This document shows positions 36,137-48,199 of a stretch of DNA of 64,000 nucleotides, in pieces (position 1 is the first letter of the stretch; each line of letters starts with the position of its first letter). The notes under the pieces were generated by a model. It saw only the letters and a program-made list of their open reading frames with translations. It was not told the DNA's origin and made no database searches. The stretch is taken from the NCBI GenBank assembly GCA_051942205.1, contig JAVECO010000091.1:1-64000 (forward strand), in the 5' to 3' direction. The stretch comes from Coniocarpon cinnabarinum (taxonomy: Eukaryota). A program made the translations under genes and the position numbers.

Positions 36137-37122
36137 AGCATAGAATCAGATCGGTGAGTGGGTCATTGGATACAGACAATAGCGCGAGCGGACATAGCTG
36201 CTCGCATGCACATACTTGTGACAAGTACTGGTCAGGTGGGCAAAAAATCGACGTGGAGTTGCTCCAGGCCTGAAGTTGATTCCGATATGTCACCCTGCTT
36301 AGCTAAGACATTAGGGTTTATTTACCCCTGACCACATTGCGCTTCTGACTTGCATTCACCTCTTTCTTTGTATCCGCGGTCGCAGAGCGTCTTGTCCTTT
36401 CTCTGTACAGCGTCGCTCAAATCGATATTGTTGCTTGTCGCAAAGCCTTCGGCATCTTTTGCCGGATTCACATGACTGGAAAGCGCCGGAGCGCAGTTTG
36501 GGGTCAGAGGCAAACGAGGGTCTTTCCACGGTCGCGCGTAGCAAACGCGCTCCAACACAAGCACAGCCAGGCGTTTGGCAAGAGGCAAAGAGAGTCCCAA
36601 TGACAAAGCCGTGAAGCGCCCCAAGAGACCTGAAGCGGCTAGTCAATCTTGAAAGTGTGGACCGTCAAGAGACCTCGATGCAGCCGCCGCCGCGTCTCCG
36701 AGCGCTGATTGGTCAAGGTGTGGCGAGACTTGAAACCACACATGAGAGGTGGGAGGCATTGGCATCCACTGAAGCATCCACGATACACCTAGCATGTGGC
36801 GCCAGTATATGCGGACCTGCCAGTGTGCGCATGCCCATTGCCTAGACTTCTGCTGCCTTTGTTCGCTCTCTACATTGTTCATGCACAGTGCGCTGCCATC
36901 CTCTCCTCCTCATCAGTCACGGCCTTTCATTGTCCTCTTCCTTTCCTTTCCCCTCTTGCTCTCTTTTGCCAGTTTTGATGCATTGACTGCATACCACTCG
37001 TTGTAACTTGCATAGCGCTCGGAGTTTATACGGGCGCAGAGAATCTTTCATGCCGTGACGACTTTTACGTATAACCTACGGGATAGGTTACCATTCACTG
37101 CCGGCAGAGCATCTTGCTTTTG

Positions 37123-39597
37123 ATGGCAGAAACTAACCCACATACTGAGCCCGCCTGGCGAGACTTCAATGACACTGACGCGCGGGACGCACGACGTGAC
37201 CTAGTCACCACGGCGCCGTGGCTCACTCCTTATCTTGGACTGCGCGCTCGTTTATCACAAGTATGGATTAATAGATGGACGGTCTTACTATTGCTGGTGC
37301 TGGTCCGCATATTATTTGCAATTGCAGACATCGAAGACAAGATCGACTCCGCAAAAGGAGATGCATTATCATCATGCACAGCTATGGAAAACGTTGGCTC
37401 CACCATGGCCTCGGCGCCGCATTACATGGCCCTAGGCGTCAACGAGCTCACAGCGACCGGCGTGGAAAAGGCGATTGATGGTTTGATGAGCATGCTGACG
37501 ATGACGGTCACCGGCGTGGAGGAAATCATCATCTTCGCCATCAACGTGTGGACCCAAACTTATCTCTGTCTGATCACTCTCGCCATTAGCGGAGCCCTGC
37601 ACGTGGCCCTTAGCGTTATCGAAGACGTGACACATTTTATTAATGACACAATTGGCGCCGTCGGCAAGGACCTTCACTCGGCGATTGACGGGTTTGACAA
37701 TGACCTCAACAAGGCTATTGGCGGGATCAACAAGATCTTCCATGGTCACATTCCCACTCTCAATGTTGGGAGTGATCTTGACAAGCTGGACCATCTCCAA
37801 CTGCCGTCTGGTCTCGATCACGGCCTTCAAAAACTCAACAGCTCCATCCCAAATTTCAACGACGTTAACAACCTCACGCAAACTGCGCTCCGCTTTCCGT
37901 TCGAAGAGCTCAAGTCTCTCATCTCTAACCATACAGGCCATTACACATTCAACCGATCAGAGTTTCCGGTCCCCAACAAACAGAAGCTGACGTTCTGTTC
38001 CAACGATAACGGCATCAGCGACTTCTTCAATGGATTGCTTCACGTCGAGCAGACTGCTCGTAAGGTTGCGATTGCAGTCCTAGTCCTGCTTGCCATCGGC
38101 GTCATTGCTCCCATGACCTGGTGGGAAATCCAACGTTGGAAGATGATGCAACAGAAGGCTCAGTATGTCGATGATCACGCCTTCGACTCCATGGACGCGG
38201 TCTACGTGATCTCAAGGCCCTGGTCCTCCCGCATCGGCATCGAAACAGCTAATCGCGTCACATCTGACTACAAGCGTCGCACGCTCATCAGATGGGTCAT
38301 CGCTTATTGCACGTCGACGCCCGCGCTTTTCGTTCTCTCTCTGGGCCTTGCTGGGGTCTTCTCAGGTCTTATTCACTACTTCTGCCTCAAAGCACTCACG
38401 CATGAGGTTCCGCAGCTGGAAAAGCAAGTCGCGAACTTTGCCGACGACATTATGCACACTGTCAACAACATCAGCACCACTTGGGCTAATGAGACTAACG
38501 GCGTCATCCTGGGTATGAACAGCAAAGTCAATCACGACGTCTTCGGCTGGGTAGACAAGTCCACCACCGCAATGAACAACACTCTGAACACTGCATCCAA
38601 TGAAATGGTGCACGCGCTCCAAGTCGTCTTCAACGGCACCATCCTCGAGCAGCCTATCATGGACGTGTACAACTGCCTCATCGGCCTCAAAATCGCAGGC
38701 ATCGAAAAGGCCCTCACATGGGTGCACAACCACGCCCACGTCGATTTCCCTCTTCTGCCCAACGACACATTTGCGCTCAGCCATCTCTCCCAGAAAGCTG
38801 GCAACGACCCTGACACCAACGCCGCTGCCAACCTCCTCGATGATCCCGACAGCGACGCTGAAGGCGCCATTAAGAAGATAGTCTCGAAGCTCATTGACAA
38901 AATCGAACACCACATCCTGCAGGAACTTGCCATCTCCGCAGTCGTCCTTGGGCTCTGGTTCATCGTCCTCTTCATGGGTGTCGGTCGCATGCTTTGGCTC
39001 ATGTTCCGTCCTTCTCGCACCCGCGGCACCGGTGCTGGGATCCTTCATGGCAAATGGTTCGGTCGCTCGGGTCACAATCACTCTTTGGCATCGACACCAA
39101 CGACGCCGCGCTCGCCTACAGGCGGAAAGGGTTTTCCAGGTGTCAGCGAGGCTGCCATCAACGAGAAGGACGTGCCTGTCAACGGACCCCCTGTTCCTGA
39201 ACATCGTAACACGAATCCCTTCGACACGCCCCGCTTCCCGTCGTTTCACCCGCCGAGTCCGCCGCCAGTGATCCATGTCCCGCCCCCTTCGCAAGGTCGC
39301 GAACTCACATTACCGAACGTGGAGGACAACAACGGTGCGCATTTTAGGGGACAAGATTACACCCTTGCGCCTGCACCGTTGCCGCTTTTCTCGCAAGGTC
39401 AGGGACGAACCCCACAAGCTGATGATGGAATGATCAGCCCGAAGAGTAAGGGCATGGGGATCCGAAGCGTGAGTGGTGGAGCTGTCGCGCCCGTCATGGG
39501 CCATCCGCGGACGAGTTGGCGACCGGAAGTCGTTGGTGGAGCTGGCCCGGAAAGGGAGGAACGGATGGATAGTGTGTGGATGGTCGGCAAGCGATGA
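37123..39597 (+). CDS. PRM1: Pheromone-regulated plasma membrane fusion protein Prm1
   Basis: 'TPYLGLRARLSQVWINRWTVLLLLVL', 'MASAPHYMALGVN', 'TYLCL', 'FGWV..ST..MN.TLN', 'CLIGLKI.GIEK.LTWV'. Confidence 0.95.
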   Translation: MAETNPHTEPAWRDFNDTDARDARRDLVTTAPWLTPYLGLRARLSQVWINRWTVLLLLVLVRILFAIADIEDKIDSAKGDALSSCTAMENVGSTMASAPHYMALGVNELTATGVEKAIDGLMSMLTMTVTGVEEIIIFAINVWTQTYLCLITLAISGALHVALSVIEDVTHFINDTIGAVGKDLHSAIDGFDNDLNKAIGGINKIFHGHIPTLNVGSDLDKLDHLQLPSGLDHGLQKLNSSIPNFNDVNNLTQTALRFPFEELKSLISNHTGHYTFNRSEFPVPNKQKLTFCSNDNGISDFFNGLLHVEQTARKVAIAVLVLLAIGVIAPMTWWEIQRWKMMQQKAQYVDDHAFDSMDAVYVISRPWSSRIGIETANRVTSDYKRRTLIRWVIAYCTSTPALFVLSLGLAGVFSGLIHYFCLKALTHEVPQLEKQVANFADDIMHTVNNISTTWANETNGVILGMNSKVNHDVFGWVDKSTTAMNNTLNTASNEMVHALQVVFNGTILEQPIMDVYNCLIGLKIAGIEKALTWVHNHAHVDFPLLPNDTFALSHLSQKAGNDPDTNAAANLLDDPDSDAEGAIKKIVSKLIDKIEHHILQELAISAVVLGLWFIVLFMGVGRMLWLMFRPSRTRGTGAGILHGKWFGRSGHNHSLASTPTTPRSPTGGKGFPGVSEAAINEKDVPVNGPPVPEHRNTNPFDTPRFPSFHPPSPPPVIHVPPPSQGRELTLPNVEDNNGAHFRGQDYTLAPAPLPLFSQGQGRTPQADDGMISPKSKGMGIRSVSGGAVAPVMGHPRTSWRPEVVGGAGPEREERMDSVWMVGKR

Positions 39598-40392
39598 TAA
39601 TCCGCGTGGCCTTGAATCCATAAAGGCTGCAATTCTATGGCATGATGCTGAAATGAGAGCATGTATATAGTGATACCCACATTCGACAATGAATGCCATT
39701 ACGGAATACGTTCACTGGAGGCTCCTCCATCCTACGTGATCTTAGCGTGCTTGTTTGGCATGATTACACGTATGCCTTCTTCATGCCCTGGAAAGTGCTA
39801 TTGCGGTTAACACTGGGAGGACAGGGTCGTGCGAGAAGTGATACCGGCGCTTGCGTCCGAATCATGTATCTGGTCAAACTACTGTACACAAGTCTACCAC
39901 CTGCTACTGACTTACGGCAAGCTATGACCTTGCCATTTTGCTATGACGAAGCGCAGTGCACGCGCAAAGAAAGCTGGACAAGGCGGTAAAGCATCCACTC
40001 TGATCATCTCTTGTGATCTTTCGAACTACGTTGATCACCAGCAAGCAAGCTACTCGTGTCCGTGTAAAACAGTCTGTCTCCCGGGCATGAACAAACAGCG
40101 ATAGATTGTGGAGCAAAAAGACACTGAACATCGTATGAGTCCATTGAATCAAATCCTCTGTATTCTCTATTGTCAAGTGTCAGTGCTACGAACAGTGAAG
40201 CATGTGTTGAGGTATCTGGCACCTTGAAGGCTCAGCAAGCGCGCAAGTAAATCCATCCAGCCCCAGTTTGCCCCCATCCTGTGCTGTAAAAGCATGTCTG
40301 CTTCTTCTTGTCCTTCCTCAATCTGCCTGCGTCAAACTCTTTCCACCTAAAGTTTCGTCAGCGTTATGTATCAACAGATTAGGAACGTCTGC

Positions 40393-42211
40393 CTACCCCT
40401 GATTGGGAACCAAGACCTTGAACGTCGAGGAGATCAAGCCAGGCGGCTTGAAAGGCCAGGCAGATGACGCGGGTACAAGGATTTGATCGCTCCTGCCAAT
40501 TTGAGTTCTTCCACCGCTTGCGGAAGACCGATCTCTGCTGCTGTTATTGCCTGTGCCAGTGTCTCTTCTCGCCTCTTTAGTGACAGCACCCGTTGCATCT
40601 GACTGCTTATGTTTCGTACCAGCCGCTGCTGATGAGTCTCGGCTAATCACAATCAACCCAAAGATATCGCTGGGGAGCTTAGGCAACTTCTCTGTGGAAG
40701 GAAATTCGTTGATTTTAAGCATCAGATATAGCAAGACCTGCTTTGTGGTGACTGGAATGATAATCGGTGAATTTTCACTCGTAGGACTGCTCGCTAAGTA
40801 TTCGGGTCGGTCAAGGTGCCCTACAATCGTAATTTTAACACTGAATTCAAACAAATCCACGCCGACATGAGCTCTTTAAGATGTAATATAAGCACGATGC
40901 TTCTACTCAGGGTGCGTGTGGATTATGAGCATACCTCTGCTGAGAATGATTGGCGACATGTGCAATATGCTCCTTCCACTGTCGGAATCTTTGGTGAGCT
41001 TCAGCACGACAGTCTCTTGGTAAGTAGATAGGAAGCTATGAGTGGAGCCTGTAATCTGCATATGACATTAGTAAACGTTTGTCGCTGATGTGATTGCAAT
41101 AGTACGCAATCACTTCAAATCGCTTATGCACACTCGACTCCGAAAAGCAACACAGAAACCGAGCAATCAGTCGGTGTTCTCGTGGGCATTGCATCTGCTG
41201 TTCTATAGCCAGTACGATTACTGGTAAAGCAAAGGTGCTCGCTTGATGTTTCTCTTCAAACGCGCAGTAGTCGCAGAACATACCTCCATATACATGAGTA
41301 CCTGTCCTGATTTTCCGAGTCAGTCCTTGCGGTTCAGATCAGCGCTGAAAAGCAGTGCCTACCAAGCGCGTGTGCAAAAATAGTGTTTGTCAGGCCGTTC
41401 TTGAACCGCTGGATTTCCTGGCCCATGTTCTTCATGGTCCAGCAAGTTTTCACTTCTCCTACAATCCTTGCACACTTGTCCACAGAGCAGATGACAATGT
41501 CTGGCTCTACCTTTGACGGCTCGATCTCCGGCCATCGGCTCTGGTGTCGATATGAAGGAGGACAGATACGACCGTCACCTGCTTCGATGTTCTGTAGTGG
41601 AGATCGTTTAGCTCTGCGGCGTATTAGGTCTATTTGTTCGTAGGCAGCCAATGCTGGGCCGATGGCGTTCGCGTGCAGGCGTCCATGTAAAGTGTGCTCG
41701 TTTCCACACGTGATCCTTTCCTTCTGCAGCTTCATTGGGTCCGTGTCAGCAATGTCGTTTGATCAAATTTTAGATCAATGCATAGCCCAATGCGAATGTG
41801 AATTTGAACGACTAATTTGAAGTTGAGTGCTTGCTTCTCGTCTTTGGTCACAACATGTCTCGCGCTCCGCGGGCTACAATGACGTGCAAGATTGCAACAT
41901 GGACTCAAAGGAGCGCCAATGATGTCTTAAATGACTTGTGGGTATCCTAGACTTACTCGCCATTCCGCGAAGCCTTCTTGACCAAGATCGGACTTTTTCC
42001 AGCTGCTCAACAGCCCCTTCTCGCGTATGTAACGGTCAACTTCGTCAGCAAAGTTTGGCCAGAGCTGCACAGCTGTTCAATCTTGAAAAATGCAACGGTG
42101 CACAGACGGTGTGGTCGTGTGAGAAGCCACAGGATAGTCGGAACCGATCTTGAGGGATGGAAGGGAATGGCCAACAAATTGGAGCGCGGTATTCGCGTGC
42201 GGGACACTCAT
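40393..42211 (-). pseudogene. PD-(D/E)XK nuclease-like gene A1 (in-frame TGA in exon 1)
   Basis: Spliced: MSVPHANTALQFVGHSLP..IFQD*TAVQLWPNFADEV..WKK..|LQKERITCGNE..PALAAYEQ..VEPDIVICS..RIVGEVKTCW..LG|QVLMYME|ITGSTHSFLSTYQETVVL..LHMSPIILSR|..VTTKQVLLYL. Colinear with A2; stop at 42077-42079. The 3' end is approximate. Confidence 0.7.
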
Positions 42212-42842
42212 GGCTGAGGAACCTGCATGGAATCTATGAGAAGTATGGGCACGTTTACAGCGGTGCAATGCAGTCACAAGTGGGTTCTTGCTACAATTTA
42301 TAAACGATATCTGGAGGATTGTCAGGAGCAATAAGCGCGCAGCGCCGCAAATCTTGACTGCGCCGCAGATGTCTTGTAATTGCGCACTTGTGACAGCGGC
42401 AGAGATTAGGCAGAAGGTGAGGATGCATATTGCGAAATGATAGGCGCCAAACAGGTCCACATGCGCAAAAGAGGTTTCAGGATGCGTTGGGCGTCTAATC
42501 AGAGCACACGAAAGGCTGCCAGAAGTGCTTTTGCCATGTAGCGCACTTAGTGCAATCAGAGGACGGCAGTGTTGCGCAAGGGATATCCGCAATGTTGATT
42601 CCAGTATCATGATCGGACTCAACGCTGTAGCAAAAGAGATGCGCTGCAGGCCGCTTGGACTGAAGACGGCGGATCGACGCACGTGACGTCGAGGATCTCG
42701 ACGCTAAGCCCTTTTGGACGACGGACCTGGCACCTATTTCTTGGCAGCGACTCCTACGCTATTTGAATTTAAGATCTGCTCGCGGACGACCCTCAATCAG
42801 CACATTCGGCGTCGCTTATCGCCACATGCTCGGACGATCGAC

Positions 42843-43891
42843 ATGGGATTTGTTGGATTCCCTCACATCTTCCGCGAAGTCGACATGATAGGACGGATCT
42901 TGAAATTTCCGAGTGGCAGTGCCTGGCGTCTCAGCTCTCTCATACATGCCTCGTGTCACCATTATGATGTCGATGAAGGCCTTGCGGAGTCGGTCGGTGT
43001 TTTTGTATGCAGATCATTGAATCAACAATCAGTCATGGACAAGGAAGCAATCATTAAAATTTGGCTTCAGCACGATCCCAGCAATGTGCGTGCAGACGCT
43101 CCTGATGACTTTGATTGCGATTTTTCGGATTGGTCAATGGGTCAGAGCGAGCAGAAGTGGCTGACCTTGCTTCAATATCGTGGCTGCACAAGTGTACCTC
43201 TGTGGTGCGAGGCCACGACAACCACACAAGACGATGACATGCCATATCCGGGCGGATTTCAAATAAATTTAGTCGAGCAGAAGCTACCCGGGCACAACCT
43301 ATTAGACTTCTTCGATCGTTACGATGAGTCAGAACGTGAAGCAATACGTGAGGCATTCCGACCAGCATTAACGTAAGTGGTATATGATTGCGGCAACTGC
43401 AAAGTCCCCTTGTTGAGACAAAGTAGCGACATGTTCCAAACCCGAATACACCAATGTGATATGGCGTCCCGGAATGTGCTATGGGATGGCGTGGGAAAGA
43501 AGTGGTAGGTTATGTCACCGTGAAGGAGACTATGATCAACACTAGAGACTCAGAAAGCACGGAACGGCTAACCAGCACGTAGCTACTTTGTTGATTTTGA
43601 GAGTTGCGGTGAATGTTAGTTGATCATTTCTACGCTCACAACATCGCGTTTCGAATATTATGAAGTTGGTGTCTGCTCCTGCGTCAAGCTAATAGCTGTT
43701 TTAGTCGATGAGCCCAAAGTCTGTAAACCATTGTGGGAACAAGCATACGATGTTCATGAATTTTGTCATCCTCGATATCGCAACAGGTAAGCCGAATTGT
43801 GAGTCCGTTGCACATTATATTATAGGCTCTAACTTGATGAAGCTTACCGCCCGACTACGAGGAACTACGGGAACAGGGCCTGTACCTGTAA
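42843..43891 (+). CDS. Protein-kinase-like (PKL) protein K1, five exons
   Basis: 'AIIKIWLQ' (beta3 Lys), 'SEQKWL' (helix-C Glu), 'LVEQKLPG', catalytic loop 'IHQCDMASRNVLWD', 'YFVDFE' (DFG equivalent). Confidence 0.8.
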
Positions 43892-43985
43892 CGACGTATC
43901 CATAAATTCTCTTCAACTTCATCACCGCAACTTGAATTCAAAGGTCAGCCTGACTTTCGTCGTCGCTGCCCATGCCCACGACAAC

Positions 43986-44263
43986 CAGTGTGGTCAATGG
44001 TTAGGTTATGGTTCGGTTTCGGTTCGGTAGCGCCATAACCGAATCAATAAGAGCAATAACCAAACCGATATCCTAATGGTTAACTATAACCGAACCACTA
44101 ACAACCAGACTATTGACCGCTCTATAGAGTGGTCAATATTTAGATTATGGTTCGGTTTCGGTTCAGTAGCGCTATGACTAAACCACTAAGAGCGAGAACC
44201 AAACCGATATCCTGATAGTTAACCATAACCGAACCAATAACAACCGAACCATTGACCACACTG
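43986..44263. mobile_element. Non-autonomous TIR element (MITE, hAT-like termini); head-to-tail dimer of two 139-bp units
   Basis: Perfect 17-bp TIR CAGTGTGGTCAATGGTT...AACCATTGACCACACTG; ACAAC direct repeat on both flanks (43981-43985, 44264-44268); subterminal GGTTCGGTT/AACCGAACC motifs. Confidence 0.88.
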
Positions 44264-44762
44264 ACAACAGACCTATATCAAGCATGGACCTAAGCCCGAA
44301 GACGTGGCTTGGTGAAACTTAACAAAAACCCGATGCGGTGGAATCAGCCAGTTCATGGATTCGTGGAACCTCTATGAACAAACTTGTATTCGCGTGCGTG
44401 TCTTTTCCAGGCTATCGAGACTCCTCGACTGGACAAGGACCGCTTCACAACAGGTTGAAGTCTTGGAAACGTTACATATCTATGAGTTCCATGTTGGATC
44501 GCTTTTGCGTCTTACTGAGCTGCAATTCACTTGCGCAATTCTTTGTATATCAGCGCCCAAACCGAATATGAACCCTTCCTGGCGCACTTCCGCCAATGCC
44601 CCCGCCGTAGTAACGGCAAATGCGCTTGTGCTCAGTATTCTCCAAGCGTCTGATATCAAGGCCCAATCACTTCCAGCGTCCGGACGTCAGTCCTGCTTCT
44701 CATGCAAATTCGAGGCCCCGCTGACTGTATATCATAGTATCCAGACATTGTGCACTACTCAC

Positions 44763-46448
44763 TTACTTGTTTTCGGGGTCAGCGAATTTCGGACTTTTCC
44801 ATACCCCACGCATCATTGATGGGTACAAGGACTTGTGCCCGTTACTGATTACCGTGATACACCTCCTTGTCATCTTTGTGGGCCTTATGGCTCTTGTGGC
44901 TCTTGTGTCCTTCCTCGCTCTTGTGACTCTTGTGACTCTTGTGTCCTTCTCCACTCTTGTGTCCCTTGTGTTCTTCCCCGCTCTTATGGCTCTTGTGGGT
45001 CTTGTGTCCTTCTCCACTCTTGTGGCTCTTGTGTTCTTCCCCGCTCTTGTGGCTCTTGTGGCTCTTGTGTCCTTCCCCGCTCTTGTGGCTCTTGTGGCTC
45101 TTGTGACTCTTGTGATCCTTCTGGCTCTTTTGAACTTGTTGATCAGCATTCCCAGGGCCACCATGATCCTTCTGTAGCGATGGTCGGAGAGGTATATCCT
45201 AAAATACTCAGTTAGCAGAGTCAAGGTTGAATCAATCTGTGAGTAAACACTTGCCTCGGAAATCTGTTCTGGAGGCAGCTTATGCTCGAACGTGACCCAG
45301 CTGAATATTTTCGAAGATAGACTCGGAAGCATTGATTTTGCATCGCCGAGAGCTTCACCCTGAAAGAGCAAGAATAGCAACACCATTTTTGTCGTCACTA
45401 GAGCCTTTGCTTCGTGTTTATTAATTCTCTCATCGTTGGTCGCGTAGTCTGCTGTCTCTAAGCGTTCATACGACAGAATACGCGGGGAGTGGTACAGTCG
45501 AAGGCGTCCGTGGCTATCCTGTTTCCATAAGGTCAGATATTGATTATGTACATGCGTCTTGACAAAGTCTAAGGTCATCTTCTTCATAATGTAGGTAATT
45601 GGGCAAAACATGTGTTAAGTGGGCATTTGAAAACACAACTTACCTTGGCCAGATGAAAGACGATTGTCTCTTTGTAAGTGGAAAGAAAACCCCAAGTGCA
45701 TCCCGTTATGTCCATGTACTTGAGGAGCTGGCCTACACACGTGCGTCAGCCGCAAGGATGCCCTCTTTATCTCCGAGATGCTCACGCATGAAGTTCTGTG
45801 TATACTATGAGCATGAAAAGTCCACCACTTACCAAGCGATCGAGCAAGATGCGGAGCGTGGTTGCCGGCACGAAATTCGATCAGTTGTTCGTAGAGGTTC
45901 TTCATCGTCCGGTATGTCTTGAGCTCTCCAACGATCCGAGGGTAAAAATGACCAGAACACATGAGTACATCAGGCTGGACTCTGTTTGCGTCTACTTGCG
46001 GCCAGGACGACTCGTAGCGTTTGAAAGAGGTGCAAACCTTGCCAGTCGAAGCTTCCATCGGCTGTCTGCGTTCGCTGTGGTGTGACTTCACAACTTCTTG
46101 GGCTTGTTCATAAGCTTTGAGAGCGGGAGTGAGGCCACTGCTCATGAACTTCAATTGCACAATAGTTTCGTCGACACATTCCACTGCGTCTCTCGAAAGT
46201 ACTTTCAAACCTTCTTTCACGCATGCCTTAAGATGCTCTTTTTTCCAGCTTTTCAATTCACCGCGCTGGCAGATGAAGTCGCGGACTTCATTGGAGAAAT
46301 CTGATGGCCAAGTTTCCAGTTTCTCGGGGCGTGCAAAGATGGCAGTACCATCTGACGTGCTTTTAGTGCGCCCAACCTCCGGGCTCTGTGTGATCTTCAA
46401 GTCAGGCATGGCGTGCCCAACAAACTCTAGCGGGGTACATCCGTTCAT
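44763..46448 (-). CDS. PD-(D/E)XK nuclease-like protein A2 with a basic repetitive C-tail, three exons
   Basis: MNGCTPLEFVGHAMP..WPSDFSNEV..PALKAYEQ..VQPDVLMCS..RIVGELKTY..LG|QLLKYMDITGCTWGFLSTYKETIVFHLAK|DSHGRLRLYHSPRIL..VTTKMVLLFL..(TRA)n. Shows PD..ExK, QxxxY and GFLSTY motifs. Confidence 0.75.
44870..45128. repeat. Coding minisatellite built from 9-bp CTCTTGTGR units in 27/36-bp higher-order repeats
   Basis: Directly visible; on the minus strand it encodes TRATRAGK(D/N)/TRVEKD repeats. Confidence 0.9.
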
Positions 46449-47184
46449 CTTGTTGTATGCGATTGTTGGCTATGATTGTAAATGCCAAATGTTATTCTGT
46501 AGTACGCCTCGCGGTGATTATATTTCAGTGCGAGACAACCCGGATGGCGGAGGCAAAGGCCATGGAAACTAGTCAACATGACGGTGTATTTAATATGAAA
46601 TCGCCTGTGCCTCGCACATCACTTCAGCTTGCTTGTCATGTTCTCTGAATGTCTGCAAGTTTACACGGGATCGCGAGCTCCAGATCAAGCAACTCAGATT
46701 TTTGAAGTTTTGTTCAAGAAGCTTAAGAGAACGCTGAGATAATTCTCTTAAAAGGGATTGTTCAAAGCCCCCGGCCATAAAGGCTATCACGTACTTTTCA
46801 AGCACGCTTGGCCTGACATTTCGGGCGAACAGGACCAACCTGAAATTCGTAATAGCCGATACAGCCAGAAAGTCACTGCAAGTGATCACCTGCTTAACCG
46901 AGAAACTCTATTTCGAGGTGCAAGAACGTCAACTGGGCAGGCAAACGCGGAGGCGTGTCGATCGGAGTGCATGCACACTGTGAAGTCGAAGTGCCTTTTT
47001 CATCTGCCTGAAAGCCGTTCTCATCCCTAGAAATTGGGGGCACACATCCCTACAGTATTGAAAATCCTAGGCGCACTTCAACATCTCAACATCTCAACAA
47101 AGAAAAAAACTCTGACGCTTTTAATCCAAGACACAGTACCACACAGCCACTGTTCATTTTTTGGCGTTATCTACAATCTGCGAC

Positions 47185-48199
47185 ATGATTGCGCACGTCT
47201 TCGACGATGTTAATTTGATTGACCAAACCTTCACCTTTTCCAAGGCTGGTGCTTGGTACTTAGAGTCACTTATCGAGGCTTCATGTCACTCGTGTGATGA
47301 GGAAATACCCTTTGCTGAGTCAGTTGCTGTTTTCAACTGTCGCGCAGTCGATGACAACCACTACACAAAGAAAAATGAAGGAGGAATAATGAAGATCTGG
47401 CTACAACATGACCCGCGCTCGATCCGCAATGAAAAGCCCACCTTCGTTCCACGATCAGATGGCGTTCCTGATTACCAGTGGCTTAGGGCTCTGCAAATGC
47501 GAGGTTGCAAGGTGGTACCCCAGTGGTGTGATGCCATTCGTCTTACTCAAACGGATGACATGCCGTTTCCGGGAGGTTTTCAGTATTGCCTCGTGGAGCA
47601 GAGACTCCCAGGTCGTGACTTGACGGACTTTTTCACTCGCTATAGCTTCAAGGAGCGCGAAGAAATCCGCAAGGCTTTTTGCCCGGCGCTCAAGTCAGTT
47701 TTCCAGTCTCGAATTTGGGACAATTGATATCAACTGGAAGAAGTCGCTAACTGAAATACATTAGTGACATGTTTAAAACTCGCATCCATCACGGCGACAT
47801 GGCTGCTCGAAACGTGCTTTGGGATCAAGCTTCCCACAAAATGTGAGTATCAACCTCTTCGATCGATGTGCTGGAGTGCCCATCTTTACGAGATTCTGAC
47901 TGACAGCTTGCTAGATATTTTGTTGACTTCGAATCATGTGGAGAATGTAGGTCGACTTCGGTTCAGCGGTTGCATCTCGAGTATGCGAGACTAACATTAG
48001 CAGTCAAGGAGCGAAAATACTGCACTGAGCTGTGGGAAGCGGCGTACGACATGCCTGAGTGGTGCAATCCCAAGACGAACCCAATGAGGTATTGAACTCT
48101 TTCCCATATCCATGCATGTTATACAAACCGCTAACGTCGCCTAGAGTGAGTCCTAAGCACGACTTGAACTTGGTAGAGCATAAGGCCAGTCTTGATTAA
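47185..48199 (+). CDS. Protein-kinase-like protein K2, five exons
   Basis: Paralog of K1 with the same intron positions; 'IMKIWLQHDP', 'QTDDMPFPGGFQYCLVEQRLPG', 'HHGDMAARNVLWD', 'YFVDFESCGE'. Confidence 0.83.

Noticed and set aside
36731..36737. TGAAACC, a near match to the pheromone response element upstream of PRM1
   Set aside because: A single imperfect 7-mer is expected by chance.
38362..39294. 310-aa antisense ORF in PRM1 (and similar shadows in BDF1, SEC6 and SEC31)
   Set aside because: Antisense shadows produced by codon bias of the real genes.
43986..44263. CRISPR-like or structured-RNA appearance of the repeats
   Set aside because: There are no unique spacers and the context is eukaryotic; TIRs plus a TSD explain it as a MITE.
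44835..45215. Cys-rich metallothionein-like ORF (SCGSCVLPR)n and a hydrophobic (LVA)n ORF on the + strand
   Set aside because: These are alternative frames of the minisatellite; the minus-strand frame is continuous with exons homologous to A1.
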